A DNA stretch of 42,868 nt from contig JAOQIN010000011.1 of NCBI GenBank assembly GCA_026134085.1, forward strand, positions 1 to 42,868, given 5' to 3'. The DNA comes from Candidatus Methanoxibalbensis ujae. GTDB taxonomy: Archaea; Halobacteriota; Syntropharchaeia; Alkanophagales; Methanospirareceae. Every line of letters starts with the position of its first letter. The stretch's first letter is position 1. Shown piece after piece: positions 19,416 through 30,059 of the stretch. The position numbers were made by a program, and so were the translations under genes. The notes below the pieces were generated by a model that was not told where the DNA came from, searched no databases, and saw only the letters and a list, made by a program, of their open reading frames with translations.

Positions 19416-20010
19416 GGAGGGTAGGGAGTTGATTTTCCTGTTCGCCCTCCTTCCTTTTTTGTTTTTGTTTTTTCTAATGCCTTTCAGTTTGCCTATCGCT
19501 ATTATTGCGTTGTGCCTCTCTGCTTCTTCAACAATTTATTTCGCTATTCAATTTCTTTCGCTATCTTGTGAAGTTCATCATTCACGATCCTTCGCTCATG
19601 CCCAATCCTCTTTATCGCTCTGAGTTTCTTCTCCTTGCCAAGCTTCCTCCTGAGCCAGAAATATTTTTAAGCTCACCCTTTTGCCGTGGAACTTTGGTGC
19701 GGTGCCACAGATACGGCAACCCAGCGACCTCCCATATCGCCATAATGGAAGAGTATTTATTTCTGAGTTCAACCTCTCGGCCCCAGTATTGGCGAGTTTG
19801 TTATCTGTTTTACGAATGTCCATTAGATCTTTCCTTGAGAGGGTATTCCCTGCGGGGGTCAATGTTGAAAGCATATTCTCCGTTATGCAGTTCTCGCTTC
19901 CGCTTCGTCAGCCTGATGCATCTGACGACATTCATTATCGACTACCACCATTCCTTATACAGACTTCATAATCCCACCCGCCTCCTCCGATTCCGCCCTT
20001 ACGGACGGAG
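19410..20010 (-). mobile_element. tnpB: IS200/IS605 (IS1341-like) relic: left-end hairpin plus internally deleted tnpB
   Basis: ATG at 19935 MNVVRCIRLTKRKREL; REYPL, RKDLMDIRKTDNKLA; RuvC-I DMGGRWVAVSV; YFWLRRKLGKEKKLRAIKRIGHERRIVNDELHKIAKEI; AIIAIGKLKGIR...GRRANRKINSLPSY; hairpin TCCGCCC-TTAC-GGACGGA at 19992-20009. Confidence 0.78.
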
Positions 20011-20073
20011 CCTTCTCAGCGACTGAGGGTAAAAGAGGAGAGTGACAATTAGTCAGAGATCTCATACTGAGAT

Positions 20074-21081
20074 ATGGAAGAGGATCTCACGATTTGGTGG
20101 GACGATGAGGAAGGATGTGTCAGGATGATAGATCAGACACGCCTTCCTGTTGAACTGAAGGTGATTGCGTGCAGGACGCTTTCTGAGTTGAAAGAAGCGA
20201 TACTGCACATGCGCGTGAGAGGCGCACCGGCACTCGCCGTTGCAGGAGCTTTTTGTGTTGTGTTTGCATGCAGGGAGCGATGTGGAGATCTGGAGAAGGC
20301 TGCATATGAAATTGCGAACCTGCGACCTACGGCTGTCAACCTTTCATACGGCGTCAATCGTGCTTTATCCGCTGCGATGCGTGTTTATGATCGTGCTGAT
20401 GATATGTTTGCTGAGGCTCTCAACGAGGCGAAGAGGATGATTGCTGAGGATATAGATGTGAACAGGCGCATAGGTGAAAGAGGAGCTGCGCTCATTGAAG
20501 ACGGAGAGACTGTGCTCACGCACTGCAATGCGGGGAGACTTGCATGTGTTGGCTGGGGAACCGCACTCGGCATCATACGCACTGCGGTGTTCAACCATGG
20601 AAAGCGCGTTCACGTGTTTGCATGCGAGACACGCCCTCTCAATCAGGGCTCAAGACTCACGGCATGGGAGCTCATGCACGACAACATTGCAGTGACGCTC
20701 ATCACAGACAGCGCAGCTGCAAAGATTATGAGGGATGGTCTCATAGACAGCGTCATTGTCGGTGCTGACAGGGTTGTGAAAGAAGGTTTCTTCAACAAAA
20801 TAGGAACTTACATGCATGCGATCGTCGCCAAAGAACACTCAATCCCCTTCTATGTTGCTGCTCCCACATCTTCATTTGACCTAAAAAAGAGTGAGAAAGA
20901 TGTTGAAATTGAGGAAAGGGGGAGAGAAGAGATAATATTTGTGGGAAATGAGCAGATAGCACCGCTTGACATAGATGTGAGAAACCCTGCATTTGATTTC
21001 ACACCCCATCAATTTGTCTCCGCATACATCACGGAAAACGGAGTGTTCAGACCTGAGGAGCTGATTAACTCAGCGCTGTGA
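20074..21081 (+). CDS. mtnA: S-methyl-5-thioribose-1-phosphate isomerase
   Basis: MIDQTRLP, VRGAPA, RPTAVNL, LTHCNAG, ETRPLNQGSRLTAWEL, VGADR, NKIGTY, NPAFDFTP. Confidence 0.95.
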   Translation: MEEDLTIWWDDEEGCVRMIDQTRLPVELKVIACRTLSELKEAILHMRVRGAPALAVAGAFCVVFACRERCGDLEKAAYEIANLRPTAVNLSYGVNRALSAAMRVYDRADDMFAEALNEAKRMIAEDIDVNRRIGERGAALIEDGETVLTHCNAGRLACVGWGTALGIIRTAVFNHGKRVHVFACETRPLNQGSRLTAWELMHDNIAVTLITDSAAAKIMRDGLIDSVIVGADRVVKEGFFNKIGTYMHAIVAKEHSIPFYVAAPTSSFDLKKSEKDVEIEERGREEIIFVGNEQIAPLDIDVRNPAFDFTPHQFVSAYITENGVFRPEELINSAL

Positions 21082-21243
21082 GCACTGCCGTGCACTGCCA
21101 CGATTCACTGCCGAGACTGAACGAGAACGAATTCTTCTCATCTGTCTCCTCTCCCATCTTTATCTGTCTCAACAGATTTCCATTGGAAGTTGGTTGGGAA
21201 GCGAGAGCGTTCATCAGATGGAGATGAGGCGTGGTGATGAGAG

Positions 21244-22032
21244 ATGCCGTTTGAGTATGGAGATGTGGTCATTCTAACCGACAGCAGAGGAAAGAAGTAT
21301 AAGGTAATGCTGAGAGAAGGGGGCGTGTTCACATTTCATCGTGGCATGGTGAGACATGAAGATATCGTTGGATTGTATGATGGCAGCACTGTGAAATCCA
21401 CGAAGGGCGAGAACATGCTCGTATGGCGACCCACATATGCAGATTTCGTTCAGAAAATGCGCCGTGGCGCTCAGATAATATATCCGAAGGACATTGCAGC
21501 AATCCTGATTCTCGCTGATATATATCCCGGTGCTCGCGTGCTTGAGGCGGGAACCGGTTCAGGAGCGCTCACAATTGCGCTGCTTCGTGCTGTTGGGGAC
21601 AGAGGAATTGTTTTCTCATATGAGAATCGCAGCGACTTCCTTGAGATTGCAAAACGCAATATTCATACATTCTTCAAGCATGCATCAGGTGAAGTGGGGA
21701 TAGGAAGGCTTGTGCTGCGCCCTCGTGATATATATGAGGGAATCGCCGAGCGAAACCTTGATCGCATCATATTGGATCTGCCTGAGCCCTGGAAGGCGCT
21801 CCCTCATGTATCATATGCGTTGAGAAGCGGAGGCATCCTTCTGTGCTATCTGCCGACCGTTCTTCAGGTGTTCAAGACAGCGAAGCGCATATCACGCATG
21901 AAATTTGAGATCATGGGCATCTATGAGGTCCTGATGCGAGAATGGGAGATATCCGGCATCAGCATACGACCCGCCCACAGGATGATCGCACATACAGGCT
22001 TCATTTTCGTGGCTCGTAAACGCTCCTCCTGA
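21244..22032 (+). CDS. trmI: tRNA (adenine-57/58-N1)-methyltransferase
   Basis: [41 protein letters not shown]. Confidence 0.95.
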   Translation: MPFEYGDVVILTDSRGKKYKVMLREGGVFTFHRGMVRHEDIVGLYDGSTVKSTKGENMLVWRPTYADFVQKMRRGAQIIYPKDIAAILILADIYPGARVLEAGTGSGALTIALLRAVGDRGIVFSYENRSDFLEIAKRNIHTFFKHASGEVGIGRLVLRPRDIYEGIAERNLDRIILDLPEPWKALPHVSYALRSGGILLCYLPTVLQVFKTAKRISRMKFEIMGIYEVLMREWEISGISIRPAHRMIAHTGFIFVARKRSS

Positions 22033-22100
22033 TCGGCAAATCGCTGATGGATGCAATAGAGACCGTGAATCATATATACATTGAGAGGAAGTTAGATCAT

Positions 22101-22526
22101 ATGAGCAAGAGGACTAAAAAGGTGAAATCAGCAGGCAGGTTTGGTCCGCGATATGGCAGGAAAATCAGGAAGGAAGTGGTTATGATAGAATCGCAGATGC
22201 GTCGCAAGCACAAGTGTCCGAGATGTGCGCGTTTTTCAGTGAAGCGCGCGGGCACGGGCATATGGCGATGCTCAAAGTGCGGTCTCGTGTTCAGCGGTGG
22301 CGCATACAGGCCTGTCACGGCAGCAGGCATAATTGCGGCGAGGAATGTGAGACTCGTGGTTGAGCGTGGAGCGCTGGCCGGGTCAAAAGAGATTTCTGAC
22401 AGCGGTGTCCCAATTTCAGGTGAAAGTGGCGGAGAAGTGGCGGTGGCAGGGGGAGCAGATGCGGCAGATATCGCGGAGACCTCAGAGACAAAAAGAGACG
22501 TGAAAGATGAGACTGTGGCTCGGTGA
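22101..22526 (+). CDS. rpl37ae: 50S ribosomal protein L37Ae (eL43) with C-terminal extension
   Basis: [32 protein letters not shown]. Confidence 0.95.
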   Translation: MSKRTKKVKSAGRFGPRYGRKIRKEVVMIESQMRRKHKCPRCARFSVKRAGTGIWRCSKCGLVFSGGAYRPVTAAGIIAARNVRLVVERGALAGSKEISDSGVPISGESGGEVAVAGGADAADIAETSETKRDVKDETVAR

Positions 22527-22565
22527 TTGAGGGCTCAGTGATTGAGGGAGAGGAGGTGATCATGT

Positions 22566-22736
22566 TTGGGTTACTATTACTGCATGCGATGTGGTCGCAA
22601 GATGAAAATAAATGGTGAGCGCGTGATATGTCTGCATTGCGGTAAGGAGTCACAGGGACTGAAGTGCCCCGACTGCAACTATCGTGTGTTCAGAAAGGAG
22701 CGCCCGAAGGTTGTCAGGGTAATCAGGGCAGTATGA
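22566..22736 (+). CDS. rpoP: DNA-directed RNA polymerase subunit P (Rpo12)
   Basis: Hand translation from TTG after GGAGGTGA: MGYYYCMRCGRKMKINGERVICLHCGKESQGLKCPDCNYRVFRKERPKVVRVIRAV; conserved rpl37ae-rpoP-pcc1 synteny. Confidence 0.9.
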   Translation: MGYYYCMRCGRKMKINGERVICLHCGKESQGLKCPDCNYRVFRKERPKVVRVIRAV

Positions 22737-23047
22737 TCGAGCAGCAACCGCATCAGCGCCTCATAGAAGCCACATTTGAGGTTAAGGTTGCAACAAAATC
22801 CGATGCGGAGATCATATTCAATGCGGTGAAGGCTGAGCTTGCTGATGAAGGGCGTGAATCTATTTCAATTGATGTGCGGGATGAAAGTCTCATGATGAAT
22901 ATTGTCAGTGAGGATGTGGTGAAGTTGAGGGCAGTGTTGAACACATGGCTGCGCATTCTGAATGTCGCATCTGAAATGATTGATCTGAAGAGTGAGGTTG
23001 TGAGCGGGGAGGAGCGGCTGGAGAATTGTGAGCGGAGCAGGGTGTGA
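22733..23047 (+). CDS. pcc1: KEOPS complex subunit Pcc1
   Basis: ATGA overlap with the rpoP stop; AEIIFNAVKAE...IVSEDVVKLRAVLNTWLRILNVA. Confidence 0.88.
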   Translation: MIEQQPHQRLIEATFEVKVATKSDAEIIFNAVKAELADEGRESISIDVRDESLMMNIVSEDVVKLRAVLNTWLRILNVASEMIDLKSEVVSGEERLENCERSRV

Positions 23048-23170
23048 GCGGAGCAGGGAACGATATGTGAGATGAAAAAGGAGATGAGAATGAAGATGAA
23101 GACGAGGATGAAGATAAAAGAAATAGAGAAGACAGAGAAGGGATGAGGGAGATGGAATGGAGGATTTATC

Positions 23171-23362
23171 ATGACAGAAATTATGCTTTTGAAGGGAATA
23201 GTTGAACCGCCTGTGCTGTTGTTTTTGATCGGGCTTTTTATTGTTCTGCTGATTCTGTGGGTGATAGGTAAGATTCTGCCCTACATTCTGCTTGCTGTGG
23301 GAATCCTGATATTTATTCTTGTGATGTTGCGCATTTTTTTTGAGGGAGGAGTGATGCACTGA
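23171..23362 (+). CDS. small hydrophobic membrane protein
   Basis: 63 aa, two hydrophobic stretches, GGAGG RBS. Confidence 0.6.
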   Translation: MTEIMLLKGIVEPPVLLFLIGLFIVLLILWVIGKILPYILLAVGILIFILVMLRIFFEGGVMH

Positions 23363-23447
23363 CAGGTTGCGCACTGTCAGGCCGGGCATTGGACGGAGTG
23401 ATGTGATGGGGTTATGTGATAGGGTTATGTGACGGAGTGATGGAGAG

Positions 23448-25493
23448 ATGAAGGAAGCGTTGAGCAATGTTGACATAGCAGTCATTGTGGAGGAGCTGCA
23501 GGAGATTTTGGGTGCTAGAGTGGACAAGATATATCAGATAGGTGATGAGATCTGGCTGAAATTGTATGCTCAGCTTGACAGCCTTTCAGATGATTTTGGG
23601 GGTTCAGGGGCGGTTGATCTTGTTATTGAGGGAGGATGTCGCATTCATCTCACGAGATATAAGCGAGAAGCGCCTAAAACGCCGTCCTCATTTGCGATGT
23701 TTCTGCGAAAGTATCTGAGTGGCGGCAGGATAACAAGCATAAAACAGATGGATTTTGACAGGATTGTGGAGATATGTGTTGAGCGTTCTGGAGAGAGAAG
23801 ATTTCTGATTTCTGAGCTTCTGCCCCGCGGGAATGTTCTGCTTGCAGATGAGGAAGGAAAGATAATGCGTGTGATCAGGCGTGAGACATTTGCGACAAGA
23901 GACCTGAAATCAGGTGTCAGATACGAGAGACCTCCCTCAAAATGGAACCCGATCGCCGCGACCGATGAGGATCTGAGGAGATTTTTTTATGAGGATGCAG
24001 GTGCACGGCGTGATGTTGTCAGGGTGCTCGCCGTTGAAATGGGGCTTGGCGGATTGTATGCGGAGGAGATATGCGCTCGTGCCGGTGTCAGCAAGAAGAA
24101 GCGTGTTGATGAGCTTTCTGATGATGAAATAAATGCAATTTATGATGCCATGTCCGAGATTTTCGCTCCGATAAGGGAACATGATCTCTCCAAAGTGAAT
24201 GCGCACATAGTGCTGAAAAATGGAGATGCTGTGGATGTGCTTCCTTTTCCACTTAAAAAATATGAAAATTGCGATAAGGAGTTCTTCTCAACATTCAACA
24301 GTGCTGTTGATGAGTATTTTGCGAGGATTGCAGATAAGCGAATGCGTGAGAAAGCTGATGAATTGGTATCTGAGAGGGTTACAAGGTTGGAGCGAGTGCT
24401 CAAAGAGCAAAATGATGCGTTGGAGAGGTTCATGCTTGAGGAGAAGGAGTTGAGGAGGAAAGCGGAGACAATATATGAGAGATATGATGATGTTGAGCGT
24501 GCACTGCAGGAAGCGCGTGCCGCCGGTAAAAAAGTGGTGAGACTTATGTTTGGGGATGTTGAGCTCACGCTTGACACCTCATTATCGCCGTATAAGAACG
24601 CTTCTCGCTATTATGAGAGGGCTAAAGTGCTTAAGAGGAAGAGGATAAGCGTTGAAAATGCGATCGCAGTCACAAGAGAGAAACTTGAGAGGGAGCGTGC
24701 GGCAGCTGCTGCCTCAGCTGTAGTGCCTCAAAAACAAAAAAAGGAAAAGGAAAAGGAAAAGAAAAAGAAGAGGAGGAGAGAGGTTGTGAGCAGATGGTAT
24801 GAGCGCTTCAGGTGGACATTCACATCTCATGGGTTCCTCGTTGTCGGTGGAAGAGATGCAAAATCAAATGAGATAATCGTAAGGCGGTATATGGAGAGGG
24901 ATGACCTGTTCTTCCACACACAGGCAGAGGGGGCTCCTGTGGCAGTCCTGAAAACAGATGGTCGTGAAGTTCCTGATGATGATCTGGAGGAGGCAGCACA
25001 GTTCGCAGCTTCTTATTCAAGTCTCTGGAAGCTCGGCTTTTACGGAGGTGATTGCTACTGCGTCTCAGCGGAGCAGGTGAGCAAGACTCCCCCCTCAGGT
25101 GAATACCTTAAAAAAGGAGGATTTATCGTGCGCGGCAGGCGCAGGTATTTCAAAGTGGAACTGTCGCTCTCTGTTGGAATCGCTGGTGACGATATCGTGC
25201 ACAGAATATCATCAGCAGATGCTGAGGCAGATGCTGAGAGAGGTGGAGACAATGGCGCCATTCTCTTCATATGTCCGACAATGGCATACAGACGCAATAC
25301 CCAAATGCTGAGATACGGTGTTGAGATAGTGCCTGGCGATGTTCGCAAAGAGCAGCTCGCTCGCAGAATAATGGAAATTCTGCTGAATGAGGCCGAGAAA
25401 CACAGAGACCAGATAAATATCTCTCTTGATGACCTGCTGCGCATTCTTCCGCCGGGAAAAGGTGCGATAGCACAACAGCACTCCATGTTCTGA
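23448..25493 (+). CDS. rqcH: ribosome quality-control factor RqcH/Rqc2 (NEMF/NFACT family)
   Basis: LSNVDIAVIVEEL, FAMFLRKYL, QMDFDRI, WYERFRW, GGRDAKSNE, EQVSKTPPSGEYLKKGGF. Confidence 0.93.
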   Translation: MKEALSNVDIAVIVEELQEILGARVDKIYQIGDEIWLKLYAQLDSLSDDFGGSGAVDLVIEGGCRIHLTRYKREAPKTPSSFAMFLRKYLSGGRITSIKQMDFDRIVEICVERSGERRFLISELLPRGNVLLADEEGKIMRVIRRETFATRDLKSGVRYERPPSKWNPIAATDEDLRRFFYEDAGARRDVVRVLAVEMGLGGLYAEEICARAGVSKKKRVDELSDDEINAIYDAMSEIFAPIREHDLSKVNAHIVLKNGDAVDVLPFPLKKYENCDKEFFSTFNSAVDEYFARIADKRMREKADELVSERVTRLERVLKEQNDALERFMLEEKELRRKAETIYERYDDVERALQEARAAGKKVVRLMFGDVELTLDTSLSPYKNASRYYERAKVLKRKRISVENAIAVTREKLERERAAAAASAVVPQKQKKEKEKEKKKKRRREVVSRWYERFRWTFTSHGFLVVGGRDAKSNEIIVRRYMERDDLFFHTQAEGAPVAVLKTDGREVPDDDLEEAAQFAASYSSLWKLGFYGGDCYCVSAEQVSKTPPSGEYLKKGGFIVRGRRRYFKVELSLSVGIAGDDIVHRISSADAEADAERGGDNGAILFICPTMAYRRNTQMLRYGVEIVPGDVRKEQLARRIMEILLNEAEKHRDQINISLDDLLRILPPGKGAIAQQHSMF

Positions 25494-25507
25494 TCCGGGA
25501 TTTTTGA

Positions 25508-26062
<555 letters not shown>

Positions 26063-26836
26063 TGCAATGATGTTGCCCGTGTAATATGCGTTGTTGTTTT
26101 TGATTTTTTTGTTTTTTCTTGTTTTTTGTATTATTATTTTATTATTATATTATAGGTGTGTCATGAATAAGCATAAAATAAAATAAATAATTTTATGGTG
26201 ACGGTATAGAAAACTGATTGAGTTACTGAATGAATTTGACATTGAAAGGAATAAAATCATCCAGATGGTTTATCAGGGAATGCATTGACAGCCTATTCCT
26301 TAAGTGCCTGGTGTGAGGTTGAAGAAACCATTCTTGATAAAATAGAATATCGTTCATTAAATGAAAGCATTGGAGAAAGGAGCCTGGTTGAGTCTTCAGC
26401 TCTTTCAAACAGGGAGCCGAGATTTTTTGCTCCATAACAGTCAAGGAAGAGAGAGGAAGAGTTTGGAAGTTTGAGGTGCTATGGCTGGAACAGGTTATGC
26501 AGGATGTTCGCTCAACATGGTGAGGTGGTGTTACACGTCTTCAATTTATATTAAAGTTAAGGCAGTGTGCGGAATTTCTGCTGACTCTCTGATATACGAT
26601 CTCGCCCTCACATCTGCGCTCAGCATCACGGCTGCCAAGTTTCAGGCGGCTGGCGATGGGACAATCAGAGGAGAAAGCTCGCTTTCCCAACATGCCCCGG
26701 GCTGAGTGATATCTGAGTAGAGGGCTATCTGAGTGATATGACCGAATGAGGAATGTATGTGAGAGCATGCGCCGTGGGTGAGGCGAGTATGCTGAGTATG
26801 ATAACTGAAGATATTAATCAGGGAGAAGGGATTGAC

Positions 26837-27724
26837 ATGGCGATTGAGCGCGTATTTGAGCGGCTTCGGAGAGAGGGGGAAAGAGCACTGATAGGCTTTA
26901 TCACTGCCGGCTATCCATCAGCCGAGCTCACACCAGCCGTCGCATCAGCACTGATTGATGGTGGTGTGGACATCCTTGAGATAGGATTGCCATTCTCAGA
27001 CCCGATTGCGGACGGTGTCACAATTCAGCGGGCATCAGAGCACAGCCTGAAAGCAGGAATGAACACGGACCTGTATTTTGAAGTTGCCTCTCAGATAAAG
27101 GGCGTGGAGAAAGTATGCCTCTCATACTACAACCTCGTGCTCCGTCGTAAAACGGAGAGATTTATTGAGGAGTGTATTTCAGCAGGAATAAGCGGCATAA
27201 TAGTTCCTGATCTTCCAGTTGAAGAAGCATCTGACATGCTTAAAGCAAGCAAAAATTACGATTTTGATGTTATATTCCTTGTTTCACCGACAACAACCGA
27301 GCGAAGAATTGCAAAAATACTGAATGTTTCATCTGGCTTTATATATGTTGTATCGCTTCTCGGCGTTACAGGAGTTAGAGAGCGTCTTTCAGATGCAATC
27401 TCGCCAACTATACATCGCATACGACGCGTTCAATCAGCCGAGAAAATCTCAATACCTGTTGCAGTCGGCTTCGGCATATCAAGAGAAGATCATGTGCGTG
27501 CGGTATGTGAGATTGCAGACGGCGCCATCGTTGGAAGCGCATTCATAAAGATAATGGAGGAGCATATGCACTCTGGCGAGCTCAAGCGCGCAGATAAACT
27601 GCATGCATTTGAAGATACAAAAAATATGCTTGCCGATCTCAAGAACTTCGCGCAAAGATTGAAAAAGGCAACACATGTGGCACTGTGCTCTGATCAGGCA
27701 GCCAGAACAGCCGAGCAGCCATGA
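26837..27724 (+). CDS. trpA: tryptophan synthase alpha chain
   Basis: FITAGYP, LEIGLPFSDPIADGVTIQ, IVPDLPVEE, GVTG, AVGFGIS, ADGAIVGSA. Confidence 0.96.
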   Translation: MAIERVFERLRREGERALIGFITAGYPSAELTPAVASALIDGGVDILEIGLPFSDPIADGVTIQRASEHSLKAGMNTDLYFEVASQIKGVEKVCLSYYNLVLRRKTERFIEECISAGISGIIVPDLPVEEASDMLKASKNYDFDVIFLVSPTTTERRIAKILNVSSGFIYVVSLLGVTGVRERLSDAISPTIHRIRRVQSAEKISIPVAVGFGISREDHVRAVCEIADGAIVGSAFIKIMEEHMHSGELKRADKLHAFEDTKNMLADLKNFAQRLKKATHVALCSDQAARTAEQP

Positions 27725-27763
27725 TGGTTTGATTGTTGGAAGGAGAAAAGGAGGGGTGTTTGC

Positions 27764-29035
27764 TCAGTGTGATGAAATCAGTTTTTCTATGCGTGCCATG
27801 CCCTCCGAGATTTCTTCAATGGACGCGGCGTATGAGAAGCGCACATAATTTCTGCCTGCGTTTCCGAATGCGGAGCCCGGCGTGACAACGATATGTGTAT
27901 CACGCAGAAGCATCTCAGCGAATGCCACATCGTCTTTTTGTTCGTTTTGCGAGTTTGGTGATGATGCTGATGATGAAGTTGATGAGGATGTTGATGAGGA
28001 TGCTGATGAGGATGCTGATGATGAGGATGTTGATGATGATGTTGATGATGTTGATGATGTTGAAAGCGTTGAAATGCCCGCGAACACATAAAATGCGCCA
28101 TCAGGCATCTCACATGCAAATCCAATATCTCTGAGGCGTCTCACTATGAGGTCTCTGCGTCTTTTGAATTCGGACACCATCTCATACACGCATTCCTGTG
28201 AGCTTCTCAGCGCTTCAAGTGCGGCATATTGTGATATTGATGATGCGCAGGTCACCGAGTGCTGCTGTATTTTCAACATTGTATTCACTATTTCAACGGG
28301 TGCGACAGCGTATCCGACGCGCCATCCGGTCATTGCATATGTCTTTGAGAATCCGTTTATGATTATCGTGCGCTCTGACATTGCATCAAGTGATGCGATG
28401 CTCACATGTTTTTTTTCGTATATTATTTTCTCATAGATCTCATCAGACATCACTAAGACATTATGATCGGATGCGAACTCAGCTATCTCTCGCAGCTCAC
28501 GCTCTTCCATCACATATCCAACGGGATTGTTGGGACTGTTTATCACAATCATCCTCGTCTTCTCGCTCACAACACTGCTCATCATATCATAATTCACCGG
28601 TTTGTCCCTGCGCAGCAACCATATGGGCTTCCCACCTGCCATGCGGATCGCCGCTTCAAATGATACCCATGCAGGTTCAAGCATGATGACCTCGTCCCCC
28701 TCGTTGAGTATGCTCATCATCGCCGCGAATATAGCCTGCTTCGCTCCCGGCGTCACGATCACATTCTCAGCAGAAACATCAACACGGTTTTCCTCACGTA
28801 TTTTAATCGCTATTTCCTCCCTCAATTCAGGAATCCCGGCGCTCGGAACATAGTGCGTGAATCCGGCATCCATCGCTCTCTTCGCTGCTTCGCATATATG
28901 CGGTGGCGTTGAGAAGTCCGGCTCGCCCAATGAGAAATCAAGCACTTTTTTCCCCTCTTTCCTGAGCGCTCTCGCAAGCGCCGCCATCTTTATAGTTGCG
29001 GACTCTTTCACACCCTCCATTCTGCGCGAGAACAT
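27764..29035 (-). CDS. PLP-dependent class I/II (aspartate-type) aminotransferase
   Basis: GEPDF, TPGAKQA, NSPNNPVG, SDEIYE, NGFSKTYAMTGWRVGY, RFSYA. Confidence 0.95.
   Translation of the reverse strand: MFSRRMEGVKESATIKMAALARALRKEGKKVLDFSLGEPDFSTPPHICEAAKRAMDAGFTHYVPSAGIPELREEIAIKIREENRVDVSAENVIVTPGAKQAIFAAMMSILNEGDEVIMLEPAWVSFEAAIRMAGGKPIWLLRRDKPVNYDMMSSVVSEKTRMIVINSPNNPVGYVMEERELREIAEFASDHNVLVMSDEIYEKIIYEKKHVSIASLDAMSERTIIINGFSKTYAMTGWRVGYAVAPVEIVNTMLKIQQHSVTCASSISQYAALEALRSSQECVYEMVSEFKRRRDLIVRRLRDIGFACEMPDGAFYVFAGISTLSTSSTSSTSSSTSSSSASSSASSSTSSSTSSSASSPNSQNEQKDDVAFAEMLLRDTHIVVTPGSAFGNAGRNYVRFSYAASIEEISEGMARIEKLISSH
27958..28062. repeat. (GAT)-rich microsatellite encoding an in-frame poly-Ser/Thr tract
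   Basis: Units such as GATGAGGATGYT and GATGATGTT; reads STSSTSSTSSSTSSSSASSSASSSTSSSTSSSASS on the minus strand. Confidence 0.9.
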
Positions 29036-29473
29036 TCCTCAACTCCCTTAGTCACTCCGCCTTTATACAATTATTGAAAATGGCAGCATTGTTGTGCTGC
29101 GCTGTGATTGATTTTTTAAGCTGCCTCTTTTTTTAAGCTGCCTCTCATCAGAGAGGGAGAGGAGCGCCCAGATGGGATCATCTCCGTCATTGGTTGAGCA
29201 GGATATGGCAGGATGAAGCAGGGGCAAGATGAAGCAGGAACCTGTCTGGATATCCCGGTGAGTGGTGCAAAGAAAGAAAGAAAAGAAGAACAGAATACAG
29301 AAAAGAAAACAGAAAAAAGGAAGGGAAAGAAATAAGAGGATGCCCCCGTGTGATTAAGCGTGTGATTAAGCCACGGCGACCAGGAGAATGAGAAGTGGTA
29401 GATAAAGTGGTAGATAAATGAGAAGAGAAGAAGAAGAGAGAAAAAAGAAAAGGAATAAGGAAGGGGAGGTCGG

Positions 29474-29878
29474 ATGGCTGTCAGGAAGTCTCTGAGGAAT
29501 GCGCTGAGGAGGCATCGCAGGATAAAATTCAGGAGATACCTCTGGTATTCCAAGAAGAGCCTGGAGAAAAGTGGCTGGCGGAGACCGAGAGGCATACACA
29601 ACAAGCTGCGAAAGGAGAAAAAGGGAAAAGGAAGACTTGTGAAAGTGGGATACCGCATCAAGAGGGAATGGCGCGGTCTCCATCCGTCAGGACACCGTGA
29701 AGTGCTCGTTCACAATCTCAACGAACTGCTCAAAGTGAAAGAAGAAGTGGAAGAAGATATAAAAGAAGGCGAGGAAAGCGGAGTTGTGATACGCATCGCG
29801 AGCACTGTGGGCGCGAAGAAGCGGGAGATTATCGTTGCGGAAGCGGAGAAAATGGGTCTGCGCGTTTTGAATCCATGA
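29474..29878 (+). CDS. rpl32e: 50S ribosomal protein L32e
   Basis: KFRR, WRRPRGIHNKLR, VKVGY, RGLHPSGHREVLVHN, RIASTVGAKKR, RVLNP. Confidence 0.93.
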   Translation: MAVRKSLRNALRRHRRIKFRRYLWYSKKSLEKSGWRRPRGIHNKLRKEKKGKGRLVKVGYRIKREWRGLHPSGHREVLVHNLNELLKVKEEVEEDIKEGEESGVVIRIASTVGAKKREIIVAEAEKMGLRVLNP

Positions 29879-30059
29879 CGCACTCACAACGCACTCATAC
29901 ATGCAGGTCCTTCCTGACTTCTCCACTCAGGCTGACTTCTCCACTCAGGCATGGCTCGGATTTTGGGCTCAATTAGCCGACAGGAGCAGATGAAGCAGAT
30001 GAAAAATGAGAACAAAATAAGGGATAAAATGAAAAATCAAAAAACCAAAAAACAAAAGA

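Noticed and set aside
22664..22732. N-terminal part of the 127-aa ORF
   Set aside because: It overlaps rpoP in another frame; the real Pcc1 start is the ATG at 22733.
26070..26830. Short ORFs or a trp leader/attenuator upstream of trpA
   Set aside because: No recognisable motifs, tandem Trp leader or convincing hairpins; probably decayed DNA that I cannot assign.
27787..28134. His/Gln-, Asp- and Met/Leu-rich ORFs
   Set aside because: They are alternative-frame readings of the microsatellite inside the aminotransferase.
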